Counted from the stretch's first letter, positions 31,912 through 41,653 are shown. The stretch: DNA of 64,000 bases from Acidobacteriota bacterium (GCA_965217775.1 CBDCJH010000002.1:448001-512000); one strand, 5' to 3'. Translations and numbers: made by a program. Notes: generated from the letters alone by a model not told the origin.

Positions 31912-32552
31912 GTGGCCTTCACCCGCATCCCGGACCGTTCCAGGTAGGTTCGAATCCGGCGCTCCGGGCTCTCGGCTCCCGCAACGTCGGAGATCACCGC
32001 CACCGAGCGGGCTCCTGACTGCCACACACCGGGGGCCTTGTCCACCGAGATTCCACCGATGGCGACCAAGGGGAGATCGGTTTCGCCGGAGGCTTTACAC
32101 AGCAGTTCCAGACCCAGCACAGGGGCCGCGTCCTCCTTGGTCCCGGTTGGGAAAATGGGGCCCAGCGCGAGGTAATCGACAGGTTCCTCCAGTCCCCTCC
32201 TGAACTGGTCCCAATTGTGGGTGGAGAGTCCGATGACCGCTTCCTCTCCCAGGAGTCGCCGGGCAGCCGACGACGGAAGATCGTCCTGGCCCAGATGGAC
32301 TCCGTCGGCCTCGACCGCCAGTGCCAGATCCACGCGATCGTTGACCACGAAGCAGGCTCCCGCCTCTCGACACAGGAGCCGGATCTTCAGGAGTTGCCGG
32401 TAGAGACGGCCGTCCGGAAGCGTCTTGTCCCGGACCTGAAAGAAACCGATCCCGCAACGGATCAGGCAGTGGGAGAAGTTCACATGATCCCAGCCCTGCG
32501 AGTTGGGGCAATGAGTGATGGGGTAGAGGGGACCGGGCAAGGGCTTGGGCAT
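31908..32552 (-). CDS. thiE: Thiamine-phosphate synthase
   Basis: QVRDK, NDRVDLAL, GVHLGQDD, GPIFPT.TK, AIGGI. Confidence 0.93.
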   Translation of the reverse strand: MPKPLPGPLYPITHCPNSQGWDHVNFSHCLIRCGIGFFQVRDKTLPDGRLYRQLLKIRLLCREAGACFVVNDRVDLALAVEADGVHLGQDDLPSSAARRLLGEEAVIGLSTHNWDQFRRGLEEPVDYLALGPIFPTGTKEDAAPVLGLELLCKASGETDLPLVAIGGISVDKAPGVWQSGARSVAVISDVAGAESPERRIRTYLERSGMRVKAT

Positions 32553-32558
32553 CGAACC

Positions 32559-33905
32559 TCATCCCCTGAGGAGCTGAAACAGGATCGTGAGGATGGCCAG
32601 GGGGCAGACGAACCGGATCAGGAAACCCCAGACCGTTCCCAGGCGGAAAGTCCCGCGGCCCCGCTCCAGCTCCTCCACGGCGTTCCCGATACCCCACTTC
32701 CAGCCCACGAACAGGCTCACCAGCAGAGCGCCCACGACCAACGCCATCCCTCCAAAATATTGGTTCGCGAAATCGAGGGTTCCGGAAAAGAACGGAACGG
32801 CGCCGTTTCCCAACGCACTGGGGATTCCCAGGAGGAAGATCACACCGCCGGCTCCGATAGCCGCGCGGCGGCGGCTCCACCGGAACTCGTCGATGGTGAA
32901 TGCCACGACCACCTCCAACATGGAGATGGCGGACGTGAGCGCGGCGATGCCCAGCAGGATGAAAAAAGCGGCTCCGAAAATATTCCCCAGGGGGATGGCA
33001 TTGAAGATGTTGGGCAGCACCACGAAGATCAGCCCCGGTCCCACGTCGGGTGACAGCCCCGGCACGGAAAAGAGTGCCGGGAAAATGGCCAAGCCGGCCA
33101 GGAACGCGATGAAAAAGTCAAAGAAGCTCACATACAGAGCGCTCGACACCAGGTCCTGTTTCGGGGAGAGGTAGCTTCCATAGGTGATGATCGCCCCCAT
33201 TCCCAGGCTCAGCGAGAAGAAGGCCTGGCTCACGGCCTTCAGGATCACCACGCCGTCCAGTTTTCCGAAATCGGGCTTGAGGTAGAAGCTGAGGCCTTCG
33301 GACGCCCCCGGAAGCGTCAATGAACGGGCCACCAGCAGGAGCAGCAGGCCGAACAGCACGGGCATGAGGATCTTGGCGGCCCTTTCGATTCCACCCTGGA
33401 TGCCCCCCATGACAATCCGAATGGTGATGAGCATGAACAGAAGGTGGCAGATGAGGACCGCCCCCGGATCCTGGATGAAACTGGTGAACGTCGCGCCGAT
33501 GGCCTCCGGTGTGGCGCCGTGGAGGGAGCCGCTGACTGCGACCCAGATGTATTTGAGCGTCCAGCCCGCGACCACGCTGTAATAACTCAGGATGATCAAG
33601 CCGGTCAGGACGCCGAGACCTCCGGCCAGGCTCCAGCCGCTTCCGGGAGCCAGGCGACGGTAGGCCCCGACCGGATTTCGCTGGGTCTTCCGGCCCAGCG
33701 CCAGTTCGGCCAGCATGACCGGGACACCGATCAGAAAGGTGGCGATCACGTAGACCAGAACGAAGGCGCCTCCTCCGTTCTGTCCCGCCTCGGTGGGGAA
33801 CCGCCAGATGTTGCCGAGCCCGATGGCGGACCCGACGACAGCCAGGACGAATCCGAGTCCGGACCCCCAGTAGCCTCTCTGGTTGGTCCCGGCGGTTGCG
33901 CTCAT
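32559..33905 (-). CDS. Sodium-dependent transporter (NSS/SNF family)
   Basis: [28 protein letters not shown]; start at ATG 33905. Confidence 0.95.
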   Translation of the reverse strand: MSATAGTNQRGYWGSGLGFVLAVVGSAIGLGNIWRFPTEAGQNGGGAFVLVYVIATFLIGVPVMLAELALGRKTQRNPVGAYRRLAPGSGWSLAGGLGVLTGLIILSYYSVVAGWTLKYIWVAVSGSLHGATPEAIGATFTSFIQDPGAVLICHLLFMLITIRIVMGGIQGGIERAAKILMPVLFGLLLLLVARSLTLPGASEGLSFYLKPDFGKLDGVVILKAVSQAFFSLSLGMGAIITYGSYLSPKQDLVSSALYVSFFDFFIAFLAGLAIFPALFSVPGLSPDVGPGLIFVVLPNIFNAIPLGNIFGAAFFILLGIAALTSAISMLEVVVAFTIDEFRWSRRRAAIGAGGVIFLLGIPSALGNGAVPFFSGTLDFANQYFGGMALVVGALLVSLFVGWKWGIGNAVEELERGRGTFRLGTVWGFLIRFVCPLAILTILFQLLRG

Positions 33906-35248
33906 GCCGTCTTTCCCGTGAATTCGTCGAGGAACGAGGTCCCATAGGTCCCACTCAGGAAGTCGGGATGGCGGATCACTCTCCGGTGAAAGGGCAGGGT
34001 GGTCTCGATCCCCTCGACGACGAAGGTGTCCAAGGCCCGTTTCAGTCGAGATATGGCCTCCGCCCGGTCGTTGCCGTGAGCGATGAGTTTGGCGATGAGG
34101 GAGTCGTAGTGGGGGGAAATGACGCAATCCGTATAGGCCGCGGAATCAACCCGGATCCCCGGCCCTCCCGGAGCATGGTAAGCATGGATTCGGCCGGGAG
34201 AGGGAATGAAGGTCTCGGAAGATTCGGCGTTGAGCCGGCATTCGATGCTGCTTCCTCGAAAGACCACGTCGTCCTGGGAAAAGTCCAGAGGAAGGCCTGC
34301 CGCAATCTGTATCTGCTCCTTCACGATGTCAATCCCGGTGATCATCTCGGTCACCGGATGCTCGACCTGGATCCTGGTGTTCATCTCGATGAAATAGTGG
34401 TTCCCCTGCTGGTCGAACAGAAACTCCACCGTCCCCGCGTTCTGATAGCCGATCTCCTTCATGGCGTGCACCACTTGGCTTCCCAGCTCCATTCGCCGGC
34501 CGGGGCTGAGAAACGGGCTGGGAGACTCTTCCACCAGTTTCTGATGCCGCCGCTGAATGGAGCAGTCACGCTCCCCCAGGTGGACGATGTTCCCCCGGTC
34601 GTCGGCCAGGATCTGAAACTCGATATGGCGCGGGTTCTCAAGATACCGCTCCAAATAGACTTGAGAGTTGCCGAATGCGCTTTCCGCCTCGGACTGGACC
34701 AGTGCCAAGGAGTCAAGGAAATCTTGCTCCCGGCGAATGATGCGCATCCCCTTCCCGCCGCCTCCGGCTGCCGCCTTGATGATGAGGGGGAAGCCGACCT
34801 GCCGTGCCAACGCCGAGGGATCCGGGCTCTCCCGGTCGATGGCGCCGGTTCCGGGAATGGTGGGAATTCCCAGGGCCTTGATCGTCTCCCGTGCCCGGGA
34901 CTTGTCTCCCATGAGACTGATGGCGGACGCGGAGGGGCCGATGAACCGGATGCCACAGTTGTCGCAGACCTCCGCGAAGTGGGAACTCTCGGCCAGGTAG
35001 CCGTAACCGGGGTGGATGGCGTCCACGTTGGTGATCTCGGCCGCGCTGATGATGCTGGGGATGTTCAGATAGCTGTCGTAGCTTCGGGGCGGGCCGATGC
35101 AGACGGCCTCGTCGGAGAAGCGGACGTGGAGCAGGTCCCGATCGGCCTCGGAGTAGACTGCGACCGTGCGAATGCCCAATTCCTTGCAGGCGGCGACGAC
35201 ACGCAGCGCTATCTCACCCCGGTTGGCGATGAGGACCTTTCTGAACAT
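33902..35248 (-). CDS. accC: Acetyl-CoA carboxylase biotin carboxylase
   Basis: [41 protein letters not shown]. Confidence 0.97.
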   Translation of the reverse strand: MFRKVLIANRGEIALRVVAACKELGIRTVAVYSEADRDLLHVRFSDEAVCIGPPRSYDSYLNIPSIISAAEITNVDAIHPGYGYLAESSHFAEVCDNCGIRFIGPSASAISLMGDKSRARETIKALGIPTIPGTGAIDRESPDPSALARQVGFPLIIKAAAGGGGKGMRIIRREQDFLDSLALVQSEAESAFGNSQVYLERYLENPRHIEFQILADDRGNIVHLGERDCSIQRRHQKLVEESPSPFLSPGRRMELGSQVVHAMKEIGYQNAGTVEFLFDQQGNHYFIEMNTRIQVEHPVTEMITGIDIVKEQIQIAAGLPLDFSQDDVVFRGSSIECRLNAESSETFIPSPGRIHAYHAPGGPGIRVDSAAYTDCVISPHYDSLIAKLIAHGNDRAEAISRLKRALDTFVVEGIETTLPFHRRVIRHPDFLSGTYGTSFLDEFTGKTA

Positions 35249-35257
35249 ATTTGCTAG

Positions 35258-35383
35258 CCCGCATTTCTCATCAGGGCGCGCCCAGCGCAGTCTGTCCCCG
35301 AGAGACATTGGTATCAATTGCGTAAACGCCGAACAATAAGATCATTTCAATCATACGCATAGCGGCTTGGTGAGAAATTCGGG
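35258..35383. mobile_element. MITE family C copy between accB and accC
   Basis: CTAG-CCCGCATTTCTCATCAG...TGGTGAGAAATTCGGG-CTAG. Confidence 0.88.
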
Positions 35384-35821
35384 CTAGGTGCGGATCTCGA
35401 ACAGGGGCTCACCGTATTCGACGGGCTGGCCGTTTTCAACCAGGATGCGAACGATCTGGCCATCCACGTCGCTCTCGATCTGGTTGAAGATCTTCATGGC
35501 CTCGATGATGCAGAGAGTGTCCCCTTCGCGGATGGTGGATCCGACTTGGACGAAGGTGTCTGCATCGGGTTTGGGTGAAGAGTAGTAGGTCCCCACCATG
35601 GGTGCGGTGAAGGCGTGAAGGTTCTCCGGCGCGGCTATGGGCTCGACCGGGGCCGTTTCTACGCCAGGGGCCTCCTGCACCGCCGGAGTTGCGGGTTCGG
35701 GCGGCGGGGCGACACCGCCGCGATGGATCCGGAGTCGGACTCCGTCCCGTTCCAACTCGAACTCCGCCACATCGAACTCGTCGATGAGTTTGAGTAAGGA
35801 CCGGATCTCCCTGGTGTTCAT
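35384..35821 (-). CDS. accB: Biotin carboxyl carrier protein
   Basis: APMVGT, EAMK, VEYGEPLF. Confidence 0.97.
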   Translation of the reverse strand: MNTREIRSLLKLIDEFDVAEFELERDGVRLRIHRGGVAPPPEPATPAVQEAPGVETAPVEPIAAPENLHAFTAPMVGTYYSSPKPDADTFVQVGSTIREGDTLCIIEAMKIFNQIESDVDGQIVRILVENGQPVEYGEPLFEIRT

Positions 35822-35864
35822 CGTTCTTCCTGCACCGGCTTCTCCCCGCGCGGTGTAAGTTTAG

Positions 35865-36186
35865 CAGTCCGTGGTGAAAGTCTCACGCAGCACCGAGACC
35901 GGGGCTGCGCCCGCCGGACAAGGCGCTCTGAGGGAGCATACCGGGAGGATGTGACCGAGGAGCAACGCAGTCCGCGCACGATGCGGACCCGGTAGAATGC
36001 CGTGACGACTGTTGCCACGGGCTGTTAGCAGTCCGTGGTGAAAGTCCCGCGAGCACCGAGACCGTTCCTGCGCCCGCCGGACAAGGCGCGATTCGGGAGC
36101 ATACCGGGAGTATGTGATCGAATCGTAACGCAGTCCGCCGGGATGCAGGGACGGTCGGATGCCGTGGCGACTTTTGCCACGGGCTG
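35865..36186 (-). mobile_element. Two head-to-tail MITE family A copies (35865-36024, 36029-36186)
   Basis: TTAG-[A]-TTAG-[A]-TTAG. Confidence 0.92.
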
Positions 36187-36304
36187 TTAGTCTCCACGGC
36201 CCCACGGGAACAAGTCGGAACCGTCCGTTGGGTCAGCCGATCGACTGCCCGTGGAAGTCGTTATCGCGCCTCTGTCGGCCGGAGAACGTCTTCTCCCTCA
36301 CTCT

Positions 36305-37375
36305 TCACCGGCCCGGATCGGAAAGCAGCCGGTACCCGGTGCCGGTCACGACAACCACATCCTCGATCCGGACGCCCATCCGTTCCGGAAGATAGATTCC
36401 CGGTTCCACGGTGAAAACCATTCCGGGCTTGAGGGGCCGCGGTCGACTCGGGGAGATCCGGGGCAGTTCGTGGACTTCCAAACCCAGTCCGTGGCCGACG
36501 CTGTGTTGAAAGTGGTCACCATGTCCGTAGCGCTCGATCACGCGGCGAGCCGCCCGGTCCACGTCGGAGGTCAGGATACCGGGACGGATGGAATCCAGAG
36601 CCGCGTGCTGGGCTTCCGAGACCATGTCGAAGATCTCGGGCTTCTTGGCCTCGCGGGGAAGATGGACCCGGGTGAGATCGCTCAGATACCCTCCGAAGCG
36701 GATTCCGAAATCGATCAAGAGGATTTCCTGCTCTCCCCAGACTCGGCCGGTAGCCACGCCGTGGGGCAGGGAGGATCGGGGTCCGCTGGCCACGATGGTG
36801 TCGAAGGCGACGCCTTCACCCCCGGCCTTGCGCATCTCCATTTCCAGGATGCCCGCCATCCGGACCTCGGCCATGCCGGGGGAGATCTGGTCGAGAAAGC
36901 CGGAAAATGCGCTCTGCGCCAGCTCGAAGGCCCGGGTCAGCGCCTCGATTTCGCTGGGTTCCTTGATGATTCGCAGGGTTTCGATCAGGTCGTGTTCGGG
37001 TACCCACTCGATGGCTGCGGACCAGGTCTGGATTCGCAGCCAGAGATCGCAACTGACACGAGTCGCCTCCAGCCCCAGTCGTTTCCGAGCGCTCTTGCCG
37101 GGAAAGCGGTCGTTCAACAGCTCTTCCAAGGCCTCCTCGAATGAACCCCCAATCAGCTGCGGAGTGCAGTTCACGGCCGTGGCCCGGGCTTGTTCCAGAT
37201 AGCGGGAGTCCACCAGGAGAATGGTCTCGTCTCCCAGGCAGCAGGCCAATCCCGCCGAACCGGTGAAGTTGAAGAGGTAGGTCAGATGGGGTCCGTGCTG
37301 GACCAGAAATCCGTCCAGGCCACGGTCCTCCAGCTCGGTCAGAAAGCGGCCATAGCGGCCCCGAAAGTCGTGCAT
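36305..37375 (-). CDS. Xaa-Pro aminopeptidase (M24B)
   Basis: FDTIVASG, IDFG, YLSDLTR, HSVGHGLGLEVHE, EPGIY, RIED. Confidence 0.95.
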   Translation of the reverse strand: MHDFRGRYGRFLTELEDRGLDGFLVQHGPHLTYLFNFTGSAGLACCLGDETILLVDSRYLEQARATAVNCTPQLIGGSFEEALEELLNDRFPGKSARKRLGLEATRVSCDLWLRIQTWSAAIEWVPEHDLIETLRIIKEPSEIEALTRAFELAQSAFSGFLDQISPGMAEVRMAGILEMEMRKAGGEGVAFDTIVASGPRSSLPHGVATGRVWGEQEILLIDFGIRFGGYLSDLTRVHLPREAKKPEIFDMVSEAQHAALDSIRPGILTSDVDRAARRVIERYGHGDHFQHSVGHGLGLEVHELPRISPSRPRPLKPGMVFTVEPGIYLPERMGVRIEDVVVVTGTGYRLLSDPGR

Positions 37376-37388
37376 CCCCGGACTCTAC

Positions 37389-37710
37389 CAGCCTGTGGCA
37401 AATGTGGTCACGGCATTCGACCGGGTCTGCATCCCGGCGGACTGCGTCGCGCCTCGGTCACATCCTCCCGGTATGCCCCCTCAGAGCGCCTTGTCCGGCG
37501 GGCGCAGCTCCGGTCTCAGTGCCAGGAGCCTGCGCCGCAGAAATTGGTCTACTGCGAAAGCGGTAGAATCGGTCCGGATTTCCCCGATTTCTCGGCGAAT
37601 AAAACAACTATGCACCTCAAAATCGAGAAAATCCGGCCTTGATTCCCCACTTTCTCGCTACGATCATTTCTACCGCGGAGACTCCTACGCGGGACTTTCA
37701 CCACGGGCTG
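37389..37710 (+). mobile_element. MITE family A copy interrupted by a family B copy
   Basis: A ends at 37389 and 37710; 322 bp = 159 (A) + 159 (B) + 4. Confidence 0.9.
37526..37684. mobile_element. MITE family B full-length copy (nested in A)
   Basis: Reverse complement of 43450-43608; flanks CCAG / CTAC. Confidence 0.9.
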
Positions 37711-38991
37711 TTACCTGATTCGGGGCGTGATGAAGAAGATAATTTCCCGGGTTTCCCGGCTTTGGGAGTCCCTCCGAAAGAGCCGGCCCAGGACCGGGAT
37801 TCGGTTCAGACCCGGAACCTTTTGCTCCAGCGTCCGGTCGATTTCCAGGAGGATCCCTCCGATCACGGCCGTACCTTCATGCGGGATCAGAACTACGGTC
37901 TGGGATTCGCTCGTGAGGATGGTGGGAATGCCTTGAACTGTCCGGCTGAAATCGGGGACGTTGTTTTCCACCTTGATCTTCAGCAGAATCGTCTTCTCGC
38001 TCGTGATCTGTGGCGTCACCAGAAGCCGCAGGGCGGCGGTCTCGAAACGGACCGTGGTCGTGAAGTCGTGCTCGACTGGAATCGGAATTCGGGCTCCCTG
38101 GGTGATGATGGCCTCGACCTTGTTCAGGGCGGTGACCCGGGGTTTGGAAAGGATGCGAACTTCTCCGTCCGATTCGGCTGCGGTGAGAAGCGCATCCAGC
38201 CGAATCGTGTCCAGTACCGGGGTGGCCGCGATGCCGGGGGAAGGCAATCCCTGCCGGGACGGGGAGCTCATGCGCACGGAACCTCCGCCTCGTTGGCTGG
38301 TTCCGCCGAGCAGCAGGTCAAGCTGGAGACCCAGGTTCCGGGCGAAGGTGGTGGTGGCCTCGATGATTCTGGCCTCGATCTCGACTTGACGCCCTGCAAC
38401 GTCCAGCCGGTCCAGAAGGCGCTCGATCTCCAAGGCTCGAGCCGGGATGTCGGTTATCAGCACGGTGTTGGTCCTGGTGTCCACGTCCAAGCGGCCCTTC
38501 TCCCCCAGTTGGTTCTTCAGGGTCTTGGCCACCTCCTCGGCGGAGGCGTAGTTCAGGGACCGGGCCACGGTAGTCGGTGCCTGACTCTCACGTTCCTCTT
38601 CCAGCAGCTTCCGATCCCGTTCCTGCTCTGCCCGGAGAGTCTCTTGACGAGAAATCCGAATCAGGCTGTCCTGTGCCGTCTGTTCCAGGGAATGGCTCTT
38701 GAGGACCATCTCCACCACCTGGTCCAAGGCCACTCGCTCCACGCGTAGTGTCACGCTTCCCGACACGTCGGAATCGATCACCAGATTGAGGTCGCTCAAC
38801 TCCGCGACCGTGCGAAAGAAATCCACCAGGGAGGCGTCGACCAGGCTCATGGAAACCGTTTGCCGGAGCGGCTCGGGGACCTCTGGGACTTCGGGTCCCG
38901 AACCTTTCGAGGGAGTGGCTGCGACCAGCACCCATAAGAGAGGAATCCATCTGCACCGGAGTCGCGGAACGATTGACATGTTCTCACTCAC
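37711..38991 (-). CDS. pilQ: Type IV pilus secretin (short PilQ/HofQ-like)
   Basis: STN domain, D.RTN, QVEIEARIIE, ILSKPRV, VPGLNRIPVLGRLF, FITPRI. Confidence 0.9.
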   Translation of the reverse strand: MSENMSIVPRLRCRWIPLLWVLVAATPSKGSGPEVPEVPEPLRQTVSMSLVDASLVDFFRTVAELSDLNLVIDSDVSGSVTLRVERVALDQVVEMVLKSHSLEQTAQDSLIRISRQETLRAEQERDRKLLEEERESQAPTTVARSLNYASAEEVAKTLKNQLGEKGRLDVDTRTNTVLITDIPARALEIERLLDRLDVAGRQVEIEARIIEATTTFARNLGLQLDLLLGGTSQRGGGSVRMSSPSRQGLPSPGIAATPVLDTIRLDALLTAAESDGEVRILSKPRVTALNKVEAIITQGARIPIPVEHDFTTTVRFETAALRLLVTPQITSEKTILLKIKVENNVPDFSRTVQGIPTILTSESQTVVLIPHEGTAVIGGILLEIDRTLEQKVPGLNRIPVLGRLFRRDSQSRETREIIFFITPRIR

Positions 38992-39380
38992 TTCCCGATG
39001 GATCCCGTTCGCTTCGTGACCCAGGTCCGATCCTCGTCAATCCCTTCGACCCGGAAAATCACCCAGTCTCCGGTGATCCCTTCCAAGAATCCGTCGGCGA
39101 ATCGAGCATTCACGGGAGCCAGATGGGTCAGGCGGTCAGTTCCTTGGACCAGAGCGAAACCGCCGAGTTTCCCCACGGCCGTCCCCACGATGACCAGTTC
39201 CGATATTGCCAGTTGCCGCAACGGCGTCGTCAATGGCGTCTCCACCGTAGGCCGTTGCTCCTGTCCCCAGGGAGCGAACGGATCTCTCTTCCCTCGAGGC
39301 GTGTAAACGGTTGTGCCTTCCGGGTCGGAAGCCGCCATGGCGCAGAAAAACCCGAGTTGCAGCAACGGGACCAGGATCAT
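38988..39380 (-). CDS. pilP: Pilus assembly protein PilP-like
   Basis: YTPRGKRDPF motif; position upstream of pilQ. Confidence 0.75.
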   Translation of the reverse strand: MILVPLLQLGFFCAMAASDPEGTTVYTPRGKRDPFAPWGQEQRPTVETPLTTPLRQLAISELVIVGTAVGKLGGFALVQGTDRLTHLAPVNARFADGFLEGITGDWVIFRVEGIDEDRTWVTKRTGSIGK

Positions 39381-39979
39381 GGGGCCTCCTCCAGCTCCGG
39401 CTCCCGGCTGGGATCGAAGTCTTGAAGACTGATCCGGAAGAGGCTCAGGGAGATGGAAGCATCCAGGGTCATCGCCGGACGGGACGGGTCCCGGCTGCTG
39501 CTGATGGACAGTTTTCGGATGTTGACGATTTCATCCAGTCCAGCAAGATCCTGAAAGAATCGGCCCAGGTTGTGAAACCCTCCTTCCACCACCACGTCCA
39601 TCGACCAATGGGTCAGGAACTCCTCCACGACGGGGGTCGAAGGAGAGACTCGTGTGGGACGCAGGTCACGGTGGAGAGCCAGTCGCAAAATTTGACTGAT
39701 CGCCTCGGAACGAGAAGTCCCCTTTTCCGGCATTCCTCCCTCGTCCAGCAGACGCTTGCGGTGTTCGGCGAATTCTTCCTTGATCCGTGAGAGGCGGGCC
39801 TCGGCCGAGTCGATCTGTTTCTGATGGGACTGGGCTCTCAGGAACTCCTTCTCCAGTCCCTCGAGTTGGAACTGGAGCGGACGGATGGTCGAGGCGTAGA
39901 TGGAACCTGCCAGGAAAATTCCCATGATGGCCAGGGAGAGGGCAGGTTTTTCGCGAACTCTTCGACGGAGTCTCTCCAT
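39377..39979 (-). CDS. pilO: Pilus assembly protein PilO-like
   Basis: TM plus coiled coil; GGFHNLGRFF..LA.L..IVNI. Confidence 0.8.
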   Translation of the reverse strand: MERLRRRVREKPALSLAIMGIFLAGSIYASTIRPLQFQLEGLEKEFLRAQSHQKQIDSAEARLSRIKEEFAEHRKRLLDEGGMPEKGTSRSEAISQILRLALHRDLRPTRVSPSTPVVEEFLTHWSMDVVVEGGFHNLGRFFQDLAGLDEIVNIRKLSISSSRDPSRPAMTLDASISLSLFRISLQDFDPSREPELEEAP

Positions 39980-39994
39980 ACTCGCGTTTCCGGG

Positions 39995-40513
39995 TCAATG
40001 CCGCGTACGGGCAGTGACGGTAAAGCGGACGGTGTTCCCGACTTGTTCGAGGCCGCGAAGTTCCACCTGGGAAAACCCCGAGTCCGAAATCAGACGTTGC
40101 AGCAGAGTCCCCGCGACGGAGGGGGTAGCCGCAGTTCCCTCGAGGGTCAGAGTTTCCTCCTCCCAAACCAGACGATGCAGGGATACTTCCTCCCGGGACG
40201 GGAACCGGTCCATGAGCCGGTTCCACAACGAAAGAGGGGAAGCCTGATGGATCTTGAGTTCCCGGACACGGTTGCGGCACTGGATCAGGATTTCGACCGC
40301 CTCTTCCCAGCGCCGGACGCTCTCCAGAACCGCTTCCAGCCTCCCTCTGCGGTCAGAGAACGTCGCGAGTCTGGCTCGGCCCGAGTCTGTCCGGGAGTCT
40401 AGCGTCTGGTGCCAGACGGCGGTTGCCACGAGGACGGAGCATGCGGCCGCGAGGACCAGCAGGTCGCGTCTCGGCGCCGCCGCAATCGACGATCTGATGT
40501 GGATCCCCTTCAT
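39995..40513 (-). CDS. pilN: PilN-like protein (divergent)
   Basis: TM, coiled coil, LTLEGTA....L..SGF..VEL; synteny. Confidence 0.6.
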   Translation of the reverse strand: MKGIHIRSSIAAAPRRDLLVLAAACSVLVATAVWHQTLDSRTDSGRARLATFSDRRGRLEAVLESVRRWEEAVEILIQCRNRVRELKIHQASPLSLWNRLMDRFPSREEVSLHRLVWEEETLTLEGTAATPSVAGTLLQRLISDSGFSQVELRGLEQVGNTVRFTVTARTRH

Positions 40514-40703
40514 CTTCAATGTCCTCAACGCGCGAACCGCTTGGAACGCGAACCCAAGATGAGGAGTGAGGAGCACATCCACCGGGCGGCGCCCGGAATA
40601 ATCCCGGAAGGAGAAGGATAGGAGAGGCGGTTTCCAACCGCCGAACTCCGGAGGAACCATAGAAATAAGACTGGAACGGCCGAAAGAGGGAGTGGGCGAC
40701 TAA

Positions 40704-41460
40704 CCCGCATTTCTCGTGCGCCGTGGAGTGGATAGGAGGGAGAGAGTGGCAACACGGGAAGCCCCGCCGGTGACGTGGCACGCGTCAACCGGGAATCCGC
40801 GAGGACCAGCCTGGGCCGTCGGGGTGGCGGAGAGGCCCGTAGTACCGGAGAAGCCGGGTAACGCCGGTGGAGGGAAGGGGCCTCAGGTGAGGACGGGTGA
40901 GGGAAAGTGCGAAGGACTACGGGAGTGGCCTGGCCTGGAACCCCGGTTTGAGTTCGGAAGCGCTGGAACCACCGCATGCGAAAGCGAAGGGGAACGACCG
41001 TGGGACCGCGCGGGAGCGGGGGACTGCGGGCGGCAGCGGCAAGGCGAGGACCGGCTTGCCGCCGGGATCGGCAGCGGTCGGGGAGCAGAGGGAGAGGTGC
41101 CACTCTCGAGGTGCGGGCGGCGGAAGCCGTTGCGCCATTCCCGCCGCTGACGAATCGACCCGTGTGCGAGCGGCATGGTCCCACTGGAGAGCCCGCTGCG
41201 GGGAAACCGCACGGCGGGTTCGGAGAGCGGGGAGAGGAAACGTGGCCACGGTGGAGATTGAGGCACCGGCACGATGGCGAAAGCCGCCGGCAACAGCGAC
41301 TCCCTCCGACCTACCGCCGTCGCGCCTCTCCTCGACTCTACACCAGCGAGCGCGCGCGAGCGCGCAGTCTGTCCCGGAGAAACCTTGGAAAATTCCGCGT
41401 AAATGCTCAAAAACAGATTATTTTTCATCATACGCGTAGCGACCTGGTGAGAACTTCGGG
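40704..41460. mobile_element. MITE family C copy interrupted in its left TIR by a group II intron
   Basis: CTAA duplicated at 40700-40703 and 41461-41464; removing 40716-41341 restores CCCGCATTTCTC|ACCAG and a 131-bp element matching 63111-63240. Confidence 0.9.
40716..41341 (+). ncRNA. ORF-less, internally deleted group II intron (IIB-like, resembling bacterial class E/F)
   Basis: 5' GTGCG; DII/DIII-type CGGAGAGGCCCGTAGTACC...GCCGGGTAACGCCGGTGGAGGGAAGGGGCC; DV hairpin 41189-41221 with AGC triad and AC bulge; DVI ending CTCGACTCTAC with A at -7. Confidence 0.9.
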
Positions 41461-41586
41461 CTAAGGGTCGCCCCTCGTCCGAAGATGAAAGAGGGCGCCC
41501 GCACGGGGCGCCCCAACAGGTTCCCACCAAGCGTAGGCGCGTCCCGCAATCATTCGACATCCGGCGCATGAGAACAGACGGCAACC

Positions 41587-41616
41587 TTGACAAGGGACGG
41601 GTCCGTTCGGTAGATT
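41587..41616 (+). promoter_or_regulatory. sigma70-type promoter of the rplM operon
   Basis: TTGACA-18 nt-TAGATT. Confidence 0.65.
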
Positions 41617-41653
41617 TCCAGACTCTTGGACTCTGAGGGCGTAGTGTAACGAA

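Noticed and set aside
33906-34127. N-terminal extension of the NSS transporter
   Set aside because: It overlaps accC in another frame; the ATG at 33905 overlapping the accC stop is the natural start.
35861-36190. Repeat pair as a CRISPR array
   Set aside because: Units are ~160 bp with TIRs, there are no unique spacers and no cas genes.
35818-36395. Small ORFs with near-identical peptides recurring across the window (e.g. ...RLVRRAQERSRCSRDFHHGL)
   Set aside because: They are translations of MITE A in varying frames with no conserved start or RBS.
40525-41464. ORFs of 110-219 aa over the intron region as a possible intron-encoded protein
   Set aside because: No RT motifs (YADD etc.); only a short HAKAK remnant is present.
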